DNA from: Candidatus Falkowbacteria bacterium
GTDB taxonomy: Bacteria > Patescibacteriota > Patescibacteriia > Patescibacteriales > GWE2-39-37
Assembly (NCBI GenBank): GCA_013335665.1
Contig: JAAXVE010000001.1
Coordinates: 1 to 27,948 of the forward strand
Direction: 5' to 3'
Length of the DNA stretch: 27,948 bases
Shown: positions 8,393 through 17,355 of the stretch, piece after piece
Numbering within the stretch: the first letter of the stretch is position 1
Layout of the letters: every line of letters begins with the position of its first letter
Made by a program: the position numbers and the translations under genes
Notes under the pieces: generated by a model
Database searches by the model: none
What the model was told of the DNA's origin: nothing
What the model saw: the letters and a program-made list of their open reading frames with translations, nothing else

Positions 8393-8433
8393 ATGTTTTT
8401 TTTCGTGCGCGACTGTCTATGGCGCAACGCTTA

Positions 8434-8808
8434 TTAAATTAGACACTCTATTGCCCTAGCGACAACATCACGAGGAAGGAGCTGCATCTTAATCATAAAA
8501 TCATCAGCCCCCGCTTTCTTGCTCTGATTGATAACCTCTTGCTTATTCAAGTTGCTTAATACGATCACTTTGATACTCTTGGTAGTATCCACGGATTTCA
8601 AATTTTTTAACACTTCCAACCCATCCATATCCGGAAGCAGCATGTCCAAAAAGATAAGATCAGGCTTCTTGGATGTTGCCACCTCAATCCCCTCTTGGCC
8701 GTTGCGGGCCACGATTACGGTGAAGCCGGCTGCTTTGAGCGCCACCTGATACATAGCGGCCTGATCGATGTCATCTTCGACCACAAGAATCTTTTTCTTT
8801 TTATTCAT
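8434..8808 (-). CDS. Single-domain response regulator (receiver only)
   Basis: 124 aa; ILVVEDD, PDLIFLDMLLPDMDG, VIVLSN and conserved K; no output domain. Confidence 0.93.
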   Translation of the reverse strand: MNKKKKILVVEDDIDQAAMYQVALKAAGFTVIVARNGQEGIEVATSKKPDLIFLDMLLPDMDGLEVLKNLKSVDTTKSIKVIVLSNLNKQEVINQSKKAGADDFMIKMQLLPRDVVARAIECLI

Positions 8809-8812
8809 AACT

Positions 8813-10981
8813 TTATTTTACTCCTTTTAATTCAAGGGGCCAACCTGATTTAGCCAGCGGTATTGTCAGGGCAAAAACCGTCCCTTTATTCAATTCTGTT
8901 TTTTCGATTTCGATCTTGGCGCCAGGTGTGGCATCGACTATTTGTTTTATGATGAACAGGCCTAGACCTGATCCGTCTGTAAAGGTGTTAACCGCATTGT
9001 CGGCGCGGGCAAATTTCTGAAAAAGCTTAGGAATCTGATCCTTGGGTATACCGATGCCTGTATCTTTAACTCTTATGACAACAGCATTTGACAACTGCTC
9101 GACCATGACATGAATAGAGCCTTTGAGCGTATACTGGAAAGAGTTATTAATCATGTTAACAATCGCCTGCTCAAGATACTTTGCGTCACTCAAAACCGGG
9201 CTGAGCGTCTTTTTGGGAATTTTGAAATCCAGTTTGACGTTCTTTATCTGAGCCGTCCTTAGTTTATCTTCCTCTATTTTTCTTAAAATTTCATTAAGGT
9301 CGACAGGTTTGAGGTTCATGACGAAACTTTCGCTGTCCATTTCCGAAGCGCGCAATATGTCATTAATAATTTCCCCTAGTTTAATCGACTTCTCAAAGGC
9401 ACCACGCAGGAATTCCTTGCGCTTCGACGGCGGAATCGAACCTTCTTCGAGCATGGACAAGACCCCTTTAATGACAGTCACTGGTGTGCGGAGCTGATGT
9501 GAAGTAATGTCCAAAAATTCCGAACGCATGTCCATAAGCTTTTTAAGATGATCGGCTTTTTCCCTTATTTCCTTGGTTTGCACATCAACTTTCTGCTTTA
9601 ATGTCTTGTTAAAATCATCAACTTCCTTATAAAGTCTGGCGTTTTCGATTGCAACTGCAGCCTGTGAGCTTATAATATCGAGGAAGTCGATATCTTCGCG
9701 CGTATACGCGTCTCCATCAACCTTCTCTCCAAGGTAAAGCAGGCCGATAACCTTGTTGCGCAGGACAAGCGGGGCGATAAGCTTCGCTTCGCTTTTGTCC
9801 ATCTCCTTAACTAATGCCGTCTCTCCTTTACGCTTAAGTTCATCGCGAACCAAGACTGTGCGATTCTTGACCACAGGCTTATATATCAGGCTCGTCGGCC
9901 CGACCTTAAGCTCCTCCATAAGAACGCAGTAAAACACTTCCTTTTTCTCATCGGCTTTTTTTAGATAAACCTTCAGGCTCTCACTAGCCAAAACCTTGCG
10001 GAAAATCTCAGAAGTTATGCCAATCAACTCATAAAGATTGATTGAACTGGACAATTCCAATGATAAATCTTTAATAATCTGTCGAGGCGCATTGTTCCTA
10101 TAAAAGATGACATCACTCGAACTCTGTATCTTATTAAGCACTGGCAGCAAGGAAATAGAATAAAGCACTGCAATCCAAGGAGAAAACATGAGCGCTTTGT
10201 AAGAATATATGCCACCTAAAAAATAGAAGTCCACAAAAATTGTGATATGAAAAAAAACAAGAGAAAAGGCAGAAATTAACAAATAGGTATAGACTTTACT
10301 CGCCAGTACTTTAATGCCCATCAGCCTGTACTTGATAATAGCATAAGCGATAATTAGCGGATAAAAGGCATAAAGAATCATTATGTATGGCGGCCAGTTC
10401 AAGTTGAAAGTAAGGAAAAAGACGCTGCCGCCGCCGACCGCGCCCAGTTGGGCCAAAATTACGTATTTGACCTGATAGCGATCAACATTCGGTTGGCGCA
10501 AGCCGACGAACAAATAGGCGGTCGTAAAAATGAATGAGACAAAATAGAAAATCGCATAATATATATAAAGCGGCCCGGCATCGCAGACATAATTGAATAT
10601 ATACTTAGGGAAAACACCTTGTACAAAAAGCTTTGTCGGATTAACCAGGAAGAAAAAAATACTGCACACGTAAAAAATCTATAATACAATTCTAGCTTTC
10701 TTATCTTTGTCCTGTTTGGTCAGCATGAGGACGAAATGGAAAAAAAACGAAGGCAGCATGATGGCACCGGCGTGCAAGAACCAATTAGCATACCAGGCGG
10801 CTTGAGGCGTACTGGCTGTAATCATGAACATGTAACCGAAGCTCCAGCACGAGGAGCAAAGGCTGACAAGGAACCAAGCGCGATTGACAGGTTGACGTCC
10901 GTTGCGAAGCAGCACGAAAAGGCCTGACACTAAAGCTGCCACGCCCCCCAATACTAATGAAATGACGTAATAATATATCAT
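8813..10981 (-). pseudogene. 7TM-GAF-HisKA-HATPase sensor histidine kinase interrupted by one in-frame TAG (10679-10681)
   Basis: ORFs 10679..10981 and 8813..10669 are in the same frame: ...KKARIVL*IFYVCSIFFF... The joined product (722 codons) has an N-terminal multi-TM sensor, GAF (VIGLLYLGEK...AIENARLY), H-box SHQLRTP and G boxes DTGIGI/GSGLGL. Confidence 0.85.
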
Positions 10982-12597
10982 TATTCCCCTAGCTTATATT
11001 TGTCTTTATTTTTCAAAAGGTAATCAGCCAAGCCTTCCAAAGTTGGGTAATTAAAATTCAAACCATGATGCGGTTCGATCTGGATATCTCCGTTGTACTC
11101 CGATTTTTTTCCCAAACACTCTTCCAAGATGCCCATCTTGCCTCGCAAGGCATAAACTCCTGATTGTGGTGATGAACAAGAAACCGGGTAGTTATTATCA
11201 CCATGGACATGCCAGCCTTCTGGAGCATCTTCCGGTTCCATAAAGCCGTGCCAATGAGCCAAAGCAAATCCTTTGTCTGATAATTTGGCAGAATAATCAT
11301 TTCCTGGACGATAATGTTTAAGTGCTGCCGCAATAATGGCATTACCCAAAGCATGAGCCAGAATAACCTTGGTATCAAAAGACGGCTTATAATCGTTGGC
11401 GATGTCTGCCCCAGGCGGTGTTTCGAGAATCATCTCGCCATTTAGAAGACCCATCTTAATGATATCCTTAGAAGGATCGAGTTTTGATTTATCTGCACCC
11501 GATTTAGAAGTCAGAACAAATACTATAGGTAAAGGCATAACCAATTTTTCTTTCATAATCGACAAAACAAGGTAATAGGTCCCATCCTTGGATAAAAGAT
11601 CGTTGGTAATCGCAGCAAAGCTCGAGCGGTCATTCTTGGCAAAAAAATCCGCTTCTGGAATCAGCTCAGAAATTTCTGTAGGCAGCTGTCTAGCGACAAA
11701 GCCGTAGCTCATGCCGCTGCGCTTGTCCAAGTGGATACTCCCTACCCAGCGATAAAAATTATTGCGAAAATTCAAATCTTTGATATTTCTCCTTTCAGGA
11801 TACAATCCTGTCCGTTCAAGCAAGGTTCCGCCTACGGTCAAGTCGTGGACAAAATCGGCATAAAAGCCATCAGCAACCTTGAATGCTCCTTCCTTGATGG
11901 CGAAATCAGACAGACGCGGTGGCGTCACAGGCGCAGCCAACTTGGGAATTAGGTTATTAAGCACGCCGTCGCGCATATTTCCGCCGAAATCATAAGAGGG
12001 GTAAGAACCATTAAAACTATATATTGTCCATCTGTCTTTACTGACCGTAATGACAAGATTAGTCATATGCCAAGCAAAAAGTTTCAAGGCTGTTTCCATG
12101 TGATCCTTGTAACCGCTTTGCTCAGTTATTTCGGCAGGCTGGTCGATGATGGTCAGCACTGGATTCTCCTTGAAACTTACCGTCATATCCATGGGTAGAC
12201 GGCCAGTCTTACCCTCACCAGCAGCTACGACCACGATTCCCTTTCTAATCTTCTTGCCCATGCGGATAAAAAACGGCAGATCCAACTGTTTGATCGTCTC
12301 ATCACCGAACCCGAAAAGCTTGCCTGCAACAATACTTAAATTAAAGAGGATAATTCTACTAAGCAGTTTCAGCGTGCGGGAAAAAGACGGGCGAAAAAGA
12401 GCTTCTTCAAATGGAATCACCTTAACTCCGCATTCGACAAACTCATGTTCCAGCTTCTGCCTAAAGGCCATTTCACTGTCTGACGATTTTTCTACAGGAA
12501 AAAAAGTCACAGTCAAACCAGACGCCATTTCCTCAGGAGTCAACGGCGTTTGTTTGAGCGCTAACAATTTTTCTATGGTTTCGCGCGATATGATCAT
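10981..12597 (-). CDS. Hypothetical protein; C-terminal class II aldolase/adducin-like metal-binding signature
   Basis: 538-aa ORF with ATGA overlap upstream and TAATG overlap downstream; AHWHG...VSCSSPQS...IEPHHGLNFNYPTLE. The CDS is confident; the fold assignment is tentative. Confidence 0.8.
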   Translation of the reverse strand: MIISRETIEKLLALKQTPLTPEEMASGLTVTFFPVEKSSDSEMAFRQKLEHEFVECGVKVIPFEEALFRPSFSRTLKLLSRIILFNLSIVAGKLFGFGDETIKQLDLPFFIRMGKKIRKGIVVVAAGEGKTGRLPMDMTVSFKENPVLTIIDQPAEITEQSGYKDHMETALKLFAWHMTNLVITVSKDRWTIYSFNGSYPSYDFGGNMRDGVLNNLIPKLAAPVTPPRLSDFAIKEGAFKVADGFYADFVHDLTVGGTLLERTGLYPERRNIKDLNFRNNFYRWVGSIHLDKRSGMSYGFVARQLPTEISELIPEADFFAKNDRSSFAAITNDLLSKDGTYYLVLSIMKEKLVMPLPIVFVLTSKSGADKSKLDPSKDIIKMGLLNGEMILETPPGADIANDYKPSFDTKVILAHALGNAIIAAALKHYRPGNDYSAKLSDKGFALAHWHGFMEPEDAPEGWHVHGDNNYPVSCSSPQSGVYALRGKMGILEECLGKKSEYNGDIQIEPHHGLNFNYPTLEGLADYLLKNKDKYKLGE

Positions 12598-13163
12598 GCT
12601 ATCAAATGTTTTAAATTGTTCTCATCGGTTAAAGAAAGTTTCTTTCCGTCATATTCGAAGCGGTAAATAGCCGTATTGCCTGGTTTTGAGGTGTCGTAAG
12701 GCTGTTGCAGACTTTCATCTTTAGCAAGTGCTACTAAGGCGCGCATTGCGGCGCCATGAGAAACCGCCAAAATCTGCCCTTGGGGGTAATCCTGCCAAAC
12801 CGCATCGATCAACTCAACCGCACGTGACTGAACTTGATGCAAACTTTCCAACTCATTTTCGCATTTTTCCCAATCGACATCAGCTTTGTTCATGCCCTGA
12901 ATAGCACCATAATCCCTTTCTCGTAGCTTTTCAGTTGCGAAGAATGGCGCTTCAGTATGAAACGCAGCGATTATCTTTGCCGTCTCCGCCGCACGGGCCA
13001 GATCAGAGGTGAAAACGGCATCAATCTTTTCTTTTTCTAAAGCACGAGCGGCTTTTTTTGCTTGCTCATAGCCTAGGGCGGTCAAAGTTCCCTGGTCATG
13101 ACCCATGATGATGCCTTTTAAATTTTCTTCAGTTTCTCCGTGTCTAACGACGATGATTTTCAT
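12594..13163 (-). CDS. Histidine phosphatase family protein (phosphoglycerate mutase-like)
   Basis: 189 aa; VVRHGET, SDLARAAET, LRERDYG, AVSHGA. Confidence 0.92.
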   Translation of the reverse strand: MKIIVVRHGETEENLKGIIMGHDQGTLTALGYEQAKKAARALEKEKIDAVFTSDLARAAETAKIIAAFHTEAPFFATEKLRERDYGAIQGMNKADVDWEKCENELESLHQVQSRAVELIDAVWQDYPQGQILAVSHGAAMRALVALAKDESLQQPYDTSKPGNTAIYRFEYDGKKLSLTDENNLKHLIA

Positions 13164-13189
13164 ATTAATCAGTCTTGTTATTTGTTTAA

Positions 13190-13219
13190 ATTATACCACA
13201 ACTGAACGTCTCTGGACAA
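13190..13219 (-). promoter_or_regulatory. Putative strong sigma70 promoter for the phosphatase-kinase operon
   Basis: TTGTCC-18 nt-TATAAT with TGg extended -10. Confidence 0.65.
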
Positions 13220-13246
13220 ATTTTTCTCAATCAAAAAAAACGTAAC

Positions 13247-13266
13247 AAAAAAGCCGCGTTTGCGGC
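13247..13266 (-). terminator. Intrinsic terminator after the acyl-CoA synthetase
   Basis: Minus strand gccgc-aaac-gcggc followed by tttttt. Confidence 0.65.
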
Positions 13267-13318
13267 ATGTGTAGACATCTTTCAAACAAAAAAAACTAGC
13301 AATAGTAAAATAGTTTGA

Positions 13319-15022
13319 TTATTTTTTCAGGGCGGCGCGGCGATAAAGTGCTTCAATCTCTTTCCCATAATGCTTTTCTATAACATGGCGACGCACTTTC
13401 AGTGTCGCGGTCAATTCGTCCTTCTCGATCGTAAACGGTTTTTCTAAAAGAGAAAACTCCCTGATATTTTCATAAGGGGCTAATTTAGCATTGATACGGC
13501 CGATTTCTTCTTTGATCAAGCCTTTTATATCCAGATATTTTTCGCCGAATTCCTGTTTTATCAGATCGTAGTCAGGTATAATTATCGCCCCTAACGAAGG
13601 CATGCGATGGCCGACAACAACCGACTGAGCGATATATGGACTAAGGTTTAATTCGGTTTCTATTCGTTCCGGAAAAATGTTCTTACCATTAGTCAAAACT
13701 ACTATATCCTTTTTACGCCCGATAATGGTCAGGTAATTCTCCGAGTCCAAGAATCCTAAATCGCCAGTCTTAAACCATCCATCCTCATCGAATGCCTCGT
13801 TTGTCAGTTCTGGTTTTTGCCAATAGCCCATCATAACGCTTAAACCTCTCACCAAGACTTCTTTATCTTTAGCTATCTTAACTTCAACGCAACTTAGGGG
13901 CTGGCCAACAGTGCCGACCTTGGATCTGCCAAGGCGGTTAACTGCGACAACGGGCGAAGTTTCCGTCAAACCGTAACCTTCGGCAATGGCAATGTCCATA
14001 TTCTTGAAAAAACGAAGAACGCGTTCGTTTATGGCCGCCCCTCCGCAAATTGCAAACTTCAACCTCCCGCCAAATATGGCACTGATTCTTTTCTTAAAAA
14101 AATAATCGACAATCTGCTGATTCCAAACGTGTGGTCTCTTCTTAAGAGTGCAAAAAAACATTTTTTGGACGATTTTCGGACGAGACTTCATCTCAGCAAA
14201 AACTCGTTCAAGCATCCGTTCAAAAATCTTCGGTACGCTAATGAGTATCGTAGGTCTTATTTCCTGAAGATTTTTCGATAGTTTACTTATGCCTTCTGCA
14301 TACGCTATGGTGGCGCCGGCAAAAAGAGGGACGAACTGTCCGGCTGTGCGCTCAAGAACATGCGACAAAGGCAGAAATGAAAGGAAGATGTCAGACTTAT
14401 CCACTGTAAAAAGGCTTAAAGAAGCATCAACATCGCTTATAATATTGTTATTCGACAACATTACTCCTTTCGGTTCACCAGTAGTGCCTGAAGTGTAAAT
14501 TATGCTAGCAAGTTCTTCTGATGAACATTCGGTCTCAGCATCAACGAGCAAAGAACTTAAAAGCTTAGCTTGGTGGTCGTCAAGTTCAACACGATCGATT
14601 AAATCTTTTATATAGATAGTCAGACCATATTGATCCAGCAAGCGTTTGAACTCCGAACCGTGCTTCTTCCAAAAGGCATTGCTTAAAAAAACTTGCCTGG
14701 CTCCCGAATCCTTGACGACGTATTCTATGAATGAGAAATTTGATGATGTGTGCACAGGAACGCTGACAACACCCAGTTTATTCATCGCCAAATCCAAAAA
14801 CAGCCACTCGGGCCGGTTTTCCGACATAATAATCGCGCGATCGCCTGCAACTAATCCGATCTTACTAAGTCCTGCGGCCAGCGAGTCGATCCTGGAAAGG
14901 CACTCGCCATAACTCCACTCCTGCCAATCATTGCCGGACTTAAACTTGACCATCGGCCTACTTGGCTGGCGTTGCGCCACTTCGCGGAAGCGAAGGTAGA
15001 GGGTGTTCATATTTTGAGTCAT
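13319..15022 (-). CDS. fadD: Long-chain fatty acid--CoA ligase (AMP-dependent synthetase, FadD/FAA1 type)
   Basis: IIYTSGTTGEPKG, EGYGLTETSP, FKTGDLG, GRKKD...NGKNIFPERIE, ELTATLKVRR. Start is the ATG at 15022 or 15010. Confidence 0.9.
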   Translation of the reverse strand: MTQNMNTLYLRFREVAQRQPSRPMVKFKSGNDWQEWSYGECLSRIDSLAAGLSKIGLVAGDRAIIMSENRPEWLFLDLAMNKLGVVSVPVHTSSNFSFIEYVVKDSGARQVFLSNAFWKKHGSEFKRLLDQYGLTIYIKDLIDRVELDDHQAKLLSSLLVDAETECSSEELASIIYTSGTTGEPKGVMLSNNNIISDVDASLSLFTVDKSDIFLSFLPLSHVLERTAGQFVPLFAGATIAYAEGISKLSKNLQEIRPTILISVPKIFERMLERVFAEMKSRPKIVQKMFFCTLKKRPHVWNQQIVDYFFKKRISAIFGGRLKFAICGGAAINERVLRFFKNMDIAIAEGYGLTETSPVVAVNRLGRSKVGTVGQPLSCVEVKIAKDKEVLVRGLSVMMGYWQKPELTNEAFDEDGWFKTGDLGFLDSENYLTIIGRKKDIVVLTNGKNIFPERIETELNLSPYIAQSVVVGHRMPSLGAIIIPDYDLIKQEFGEKYLDIKGLIKEEIGRINAKLAPYENIREFSLLEKPFTIEKDELTATLKVRRHVIEKHYGKEIEALYRRAALKK

Positions 15023-15938
15023 AAAAATACCTGAGCTCGGAGGCTGGCGTGCCGACATGGCCGGTGTTCAAACTCTCTCCCCTGATTATCTCTTTAGCCT
15101 CAACCTGTCTGATCTGATGATGATAGTAGGCATTCGCCGTAGCGATATACTCAACTGCGAGTGTGCCAGCCTGACTAAACAGATCGTAGATAGTAGTCAC
15201 CTTTTCCTCGCCGGTAACTACGTCGCGGTAATTGATAACTTTAGGAATTATACGGTTATCGCGAGTCAGATTACCATAAAAAATGCCAAGAAATATCTTG
15301 AATTTGGCCCAACTTGAACGTTTGACTATCCGATAAAAAATATACAGGAGATCCAAAATAAAATTATTACGCAAAAGACGATGTACCTTTGCCTTGCGTT
15401 TTAAAGTGTTCTCTATCTCTTTGAAAGATATGTTGAAGGTGGTCGAGATGTACTGAGAAAAAGAAAGTGAACGCAATATCTGATAACTAATCAGGTCATT
15501 GAAATAAAATGAGGAATTGACCTGGACATCAAGATAAGTCTCGAGATGACGATGCAGATAGACAGCTTCGTTCGACTTTTTCGGATCGGGATCGTAGTAG
15601 TTGCCTGACAAGTAATAAATTATCGGATGAAAGGTGATGTCGAGGGAGCAATGCGTCAGATATCCGAATATGAAAGCTAGATCGGTTTCGCTTTTTTTCT
15701 CACGTGCCGCCTTGAGCATCTCGAACACTATTTCGTTAGTCATGTTGCCCGATCGGCCGTGCATCGTTTCGGAAATCTTGCGAATAGAAGCCTTGCTTGA
15801 ATAATAAAAAGTGTCCGGCGCGACGCTGCCGAAATAGTACGCTTCGATATTCTTCTGGATTATCCCGAAAATCTGCTCTTGGTTTATCTTTTTCAAGAGC
15901 TCGTTGGCGAAATATAAATGAGTATTCTCCTTGGGCAT
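14958..15938 (-). CDS. Zinc-dependent phospholipase C family protein (no signal peptide)
   Basis: 326 aa; MPKENTH, FGSVAPDTFYY, MHG, GYLTHCSLDITFHP, HRHLETYLD, the Zn_dep_PLC His/Asp ligand pattern; 3' end overlaps the fadD start. Confidence 0.8.
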   Translation of the reverse strand: MPKENTHLYFANELLKKINQEQIFGIIQKNIEAYYFGSVAPDTFYYSSKASIRKISETMHGRSGNMTNEIVFEMLKAAREKKSETDLAFIFGYLTHCSLDITFHPIIYYLSGNYYDPDPKKSNEAVYLHRHLETYLDVQVNSSFYFNDLISYQILRSLSFSQYISTTFNISFKEIENTLKRKAKVHRLLRNNFILDLLYIFYRIVKRSSWAKFKIFLGIFYGNLTRDNRIIPKVINYRDVVTGEEKVTTIYDLFSQAGTLAVEYIATANAYYHHQIRQVEAKEIIRGESLNTGHVGTPASELRYFYDSKYEHPLPSLPRSGATPAK

Positions 15939-15949
15939 TTTTAATTAAG

Positions 15950-15977
15950 TCTAAAGGCTAAAGTCTAAAGGCAAAAC
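15950..15977. repeat. Heptamer tandem array (NCTAAAG), single arm
   Basis: tctaaag gctaaag tctaaag gcaaaac; same consensus as 20135-20155. Confidence 0.7.
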
Positions 15978-15992
15978 TCGCAAAATGGCAAC

Positions 15993-16067
15993 CGTCATTC
16001 TGAACGATGCGCAGCGAAGTGAAGCCTTGCGCCGCGAGATTCTTTGGCTAGTCGGCCTCAGGGTGAC
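15993..16067. repeat. CGTC-tagged REP-like palindromic element (GTCATTCTGA...TCAGGGTGAC)
   Basis: Terminal gtcattctga pairs with tcagggtgac (two T.G); degenerate inner gaagcct/agattc stem; ends 2 nt from the rseP stop codon. Confidence 0.65.
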
Positions 16068-16069
16068 TA

Positions 16070-17233
16070 TTAAAACCAGCCTTTGATTATTTGCAGTATT
16101 TGCTGCACGCGGGCGATGTTCAGGATGTCATGCAACGTTACCAGTACTATCAAAATCATTAATAATAAGAATCCGATATTGTGTATCACGGCTTCGAGTT
16201 CGCGGCGGACTGGCTTTTTCTTCACCTTCTCGATAATCAGAAAAAGAACGCGTCCTCCATCCAGGGCCGGAATGGGCAAAAAGTTGATTATAGCCAGGTT
16301 AATCGACAATAAAGCGGTAAACTGCAATAGATAAACAAAACCCATGCGCGCAACCTGCCCAGTCAGTGAAGCGATGCCGACCGGTCCAGCCACGTCCGCG
16401 CTGACGCCATTGCCGATAAAAATGCCTTTGATCAGCTCGTAAAACGCAGCTAGAATCACCCAAGCCAAAATAAATGTCTGCTTGGTTCCCTGCCAGATCG
16501 CCTGATACCAAGGATATTTTACCAGACCGGTTTCAGTTAGAGCCACGCCGATGCCGCCTTTACCTGTTTCGACGCGTACTTCTGGCTTAATTTTAACCTC
16601 CTTTGTTTCGCCAGCGTGATTAATCTCGTACGTCAACTCCTTACTCTTGTTTTCGTCGACATATTTTTGAATAGAAGGATAATCAGCAAATTCACGGCCA
16701 TCGATCTTCAATATGGCATCTCCAACAGCCAGGCCGGCCTGTTTGGCAGGCGATGGATCCATTACTTGTATGATCTGAATCTTTCTTTCGGTAATGACAG
16801 CATTTTTGTCCAGCCCGTCCAACGATTGGGGCATGCCGATCATCAAGCCGAATGAAATCAGGACAATCGCCAGAAGAATATTCATGATAACGCCGGCTGA
16901 AACCACGACGATGCGCTGCCAAATCTTCTTATTAATGAAATGATGCGGGTCATCGCTCGATGACTCATCCTCGTTCAGTTTCACAAAACCGCCCAAAGGT
17001 ATCCAATTAACCGAGTAGATAGTGTCAACTGCGTCTTTAACTTCCTTATTGCCTCGCACCTTCTTCCATTTGCCGCTAGCGGTTTTGTAGATGCCGTAAG
17101 CGCGTGGCGGAAAACCCAAACCGAATTCGTCTGGCTTCATGCCAAATCGTCGAGCAGTCCAAAAATGACCGAACTCATGGACTAAGACGAGAAGGCTTAA
17201 GACTAATAAGAATATTATAATAGTAAGCAGCAT
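16070..17233 (-). CDS. rseP: RIP metalloprotease RseP (site-2 protease with PDZ)
   Basis: VHEFGH, WIPLGGFV, AGVIMN, PDZ segment, NFLPIPALDGG. The true start is probably the ATG at 17233; the ORF-track extension to 17278 lies within a repeat. Confidence 0.95.
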   Translation of the reverse strand: MLLTIIIFLLVLSLLVLVHEFGHFWTARRFGMKPDEFGLGFPPRAYGIYKTASGKWKKVRGNKEVKDAVDTIYSVNWIPLGGFVKLNEDESSSDDPHHFINKKIWQRIVVVSAGVIMNILLAIVLISFGLMIGMPQSLDGLDKNAVITERKIQIIQVMDPSPAKQAGLAVGDAILKIDGREFADYPSIQKYVDENKSKELTYEINHAGETKEVKIKPEVRVETGKGGIGVALTETGLVKYPWYQAIWQGTKQTFILAWVILAAFYELIKGIFIGNGVSADVAGPVGIASLTGQVARMGFVYLLQFTALLSINLAIINFLPIPALDGGRVLFLIIEKVKKKPVRRELEAVIHNIGFLLLMILIVLVTLHDILNIARVQQILQIIKGWF

Positions 17234-17257
17234 AAAATGTTTTTTCAAAAAATAAAA

Positions 17258-17350
17258 TTTCCAATTCCTAATTTTCAATTTTCAAGCGCGGGCCAGTGTT
17301 ATAAGAACTGGCATATCCGCGCTTGAAAATTGTGGATTGAGAAACTGAAA
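17258..17350. repeat. Heptamer-armed long hairpin between frr and rseP
   Basis: Arms tttccaa ttcctaa ttttcaa ttttcaa / ttgaaaa ttgtgga ttgagaa actgaaa; perfect 16-bp stem 17276-17291/17317-17332; inner gccagt/actggc. Confidence 0.85.
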
Positions 17351-17355
17351 ATCGT

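Noticed and set aside
10679-10681. Genome-wide stop-codon reassignment (pyrrolysine, or code 25 as in Gracilibacteria)
   Set aside because: TAG and TGA both end several clearly complete genes in this window, and no pyl genes are visible
12200-12240. GEGKT in the 538-aa protein as a Walker A motif
   Set aside because: Does not fit [AG]-x4-GK[ST] (V occupies the first position) and no Walker B is evident
1486-12670. Long antisense ORFs (e.g. 1486..1917, 5836..6270, 12146..12670)
   Set aside because: All lie opposite well-supported genes and have no recognisable motifs
17234-17278. rseP N-terminal extension MKIRNWKFYFLKKHF
   Set aside because: Translated from the heptamer repeat; the RseP family starts just before the first TM/HExxH segment
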